This document shows, piece by piece, positions 63,421 through 64,000 of a stretch of 64,000 nt of DNA (position 1 is its first letter; the number at the start of each line of letters is the position of its first letter). Below the pieces are notes generated by a model. That model did no database searches. It had not been told where the DNA came from and worked only from the letters and a program-made list of their open reading frames with translations. The stretch is from Mobula birostris (taxonomy: Eukaryota): assembly GCF_030028105.1 (NCBI RefSeq), contig NC_092377.1, positions 99,578,865-99,642,864 of the forward strand, read 5' to 3'. Position numbers and translations under genes: made by a program.

Positions 63421-64000
63421 TCTAAAGCACAAAATATTTCCAAAGCATAAAGCACTTAAACAAGGATAAGGCATTAAGGATTTCTGAAAACAAAGGTACA
63501 ATTCCTATATAAACTAAAAAGACATATCAATCAGTTCCTGACAAATTAATCTTCTGCCACAGAAACCAAAGCTAGAGGAATGGCTTCTCATTCACTCTGT
63601 TTCTTCCATGATTCATGATGTTCCTTACCACATTCCTAATATGCCTGAACTGCTCTCTCCATTTATACCCCTTTTCTCCCAGTTGGGTGACTTCACATAT
63701 ATATGATATTTCCCCAGATATCCTTTCAACACAAATAGTATAAAAGCAGTTGGAGACATAGATCTCAGCTTAATATTCACAGTTCACAATTAATGATGTA
63801 AAGCTAATATAAAACTTCCAACTGTAAACATATCAGTTATTAATTTACTAAATGATATCTGTCTGTTCTGCAAGCTTCCTTGAACTAAGCAACTTAGGAG
63901 TCAGCCTGTCTGAATCAACCCAAATTAAATAACACATTATCTTATACTCTACTCTTGAGCAATAATATAGCATGTGTAGTGACCAAGCATCTGCTTTTCA

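Overview
Vertebrate genomic DNA, most likely from a cartilaginous fish (ray/shark-like; inferred from the CR1/Rex/Penelope repeat mix). It is a transposon-saturated, replication-dependent histone gene region. Histone genes: two intact H2A copies that are 389/390 identical (6711-7100 minus; 36864-37253 plus), an intact H4 (53695-54006), an H3 whose last 129 coding bases are N-masked (55092-55502 minus), a frameshifted H2B, two 5'-truncated H2B relics and an H1 C-terminal relic. Most carry the histone 3' stem-loop. Most of the window (about 1.9-53.2 kb) is one large, old, imperfect inverted duplication, with arms at about 1881-18328 and 27339-53187 around a 9-kb spacer that holds a decayed C2H2 zinc-finger exon. 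The arms have since collected separate insertions with visible target-site duplications (TSDs): CR1 (one with an intact 1010-aa ORF2), Rex1/Babar-like, L1/Tx1, RTE, I/Nimb, Penelope-like elements with hammerhead-like motifs, Gypsy LTRs, hAT-Charlie and Tc1. I see no novel protein-coding system. The most interesting signals are structural: the palindrome, near-identity of the two H2A copies against diverged flanks, complete loss of H2B from one arm, a non-coding module shared by the H2A and H4 3' spacers, and fold-back Penelope mini-elements. All alignments were done by eye, and element edges without a TSD are approximate.
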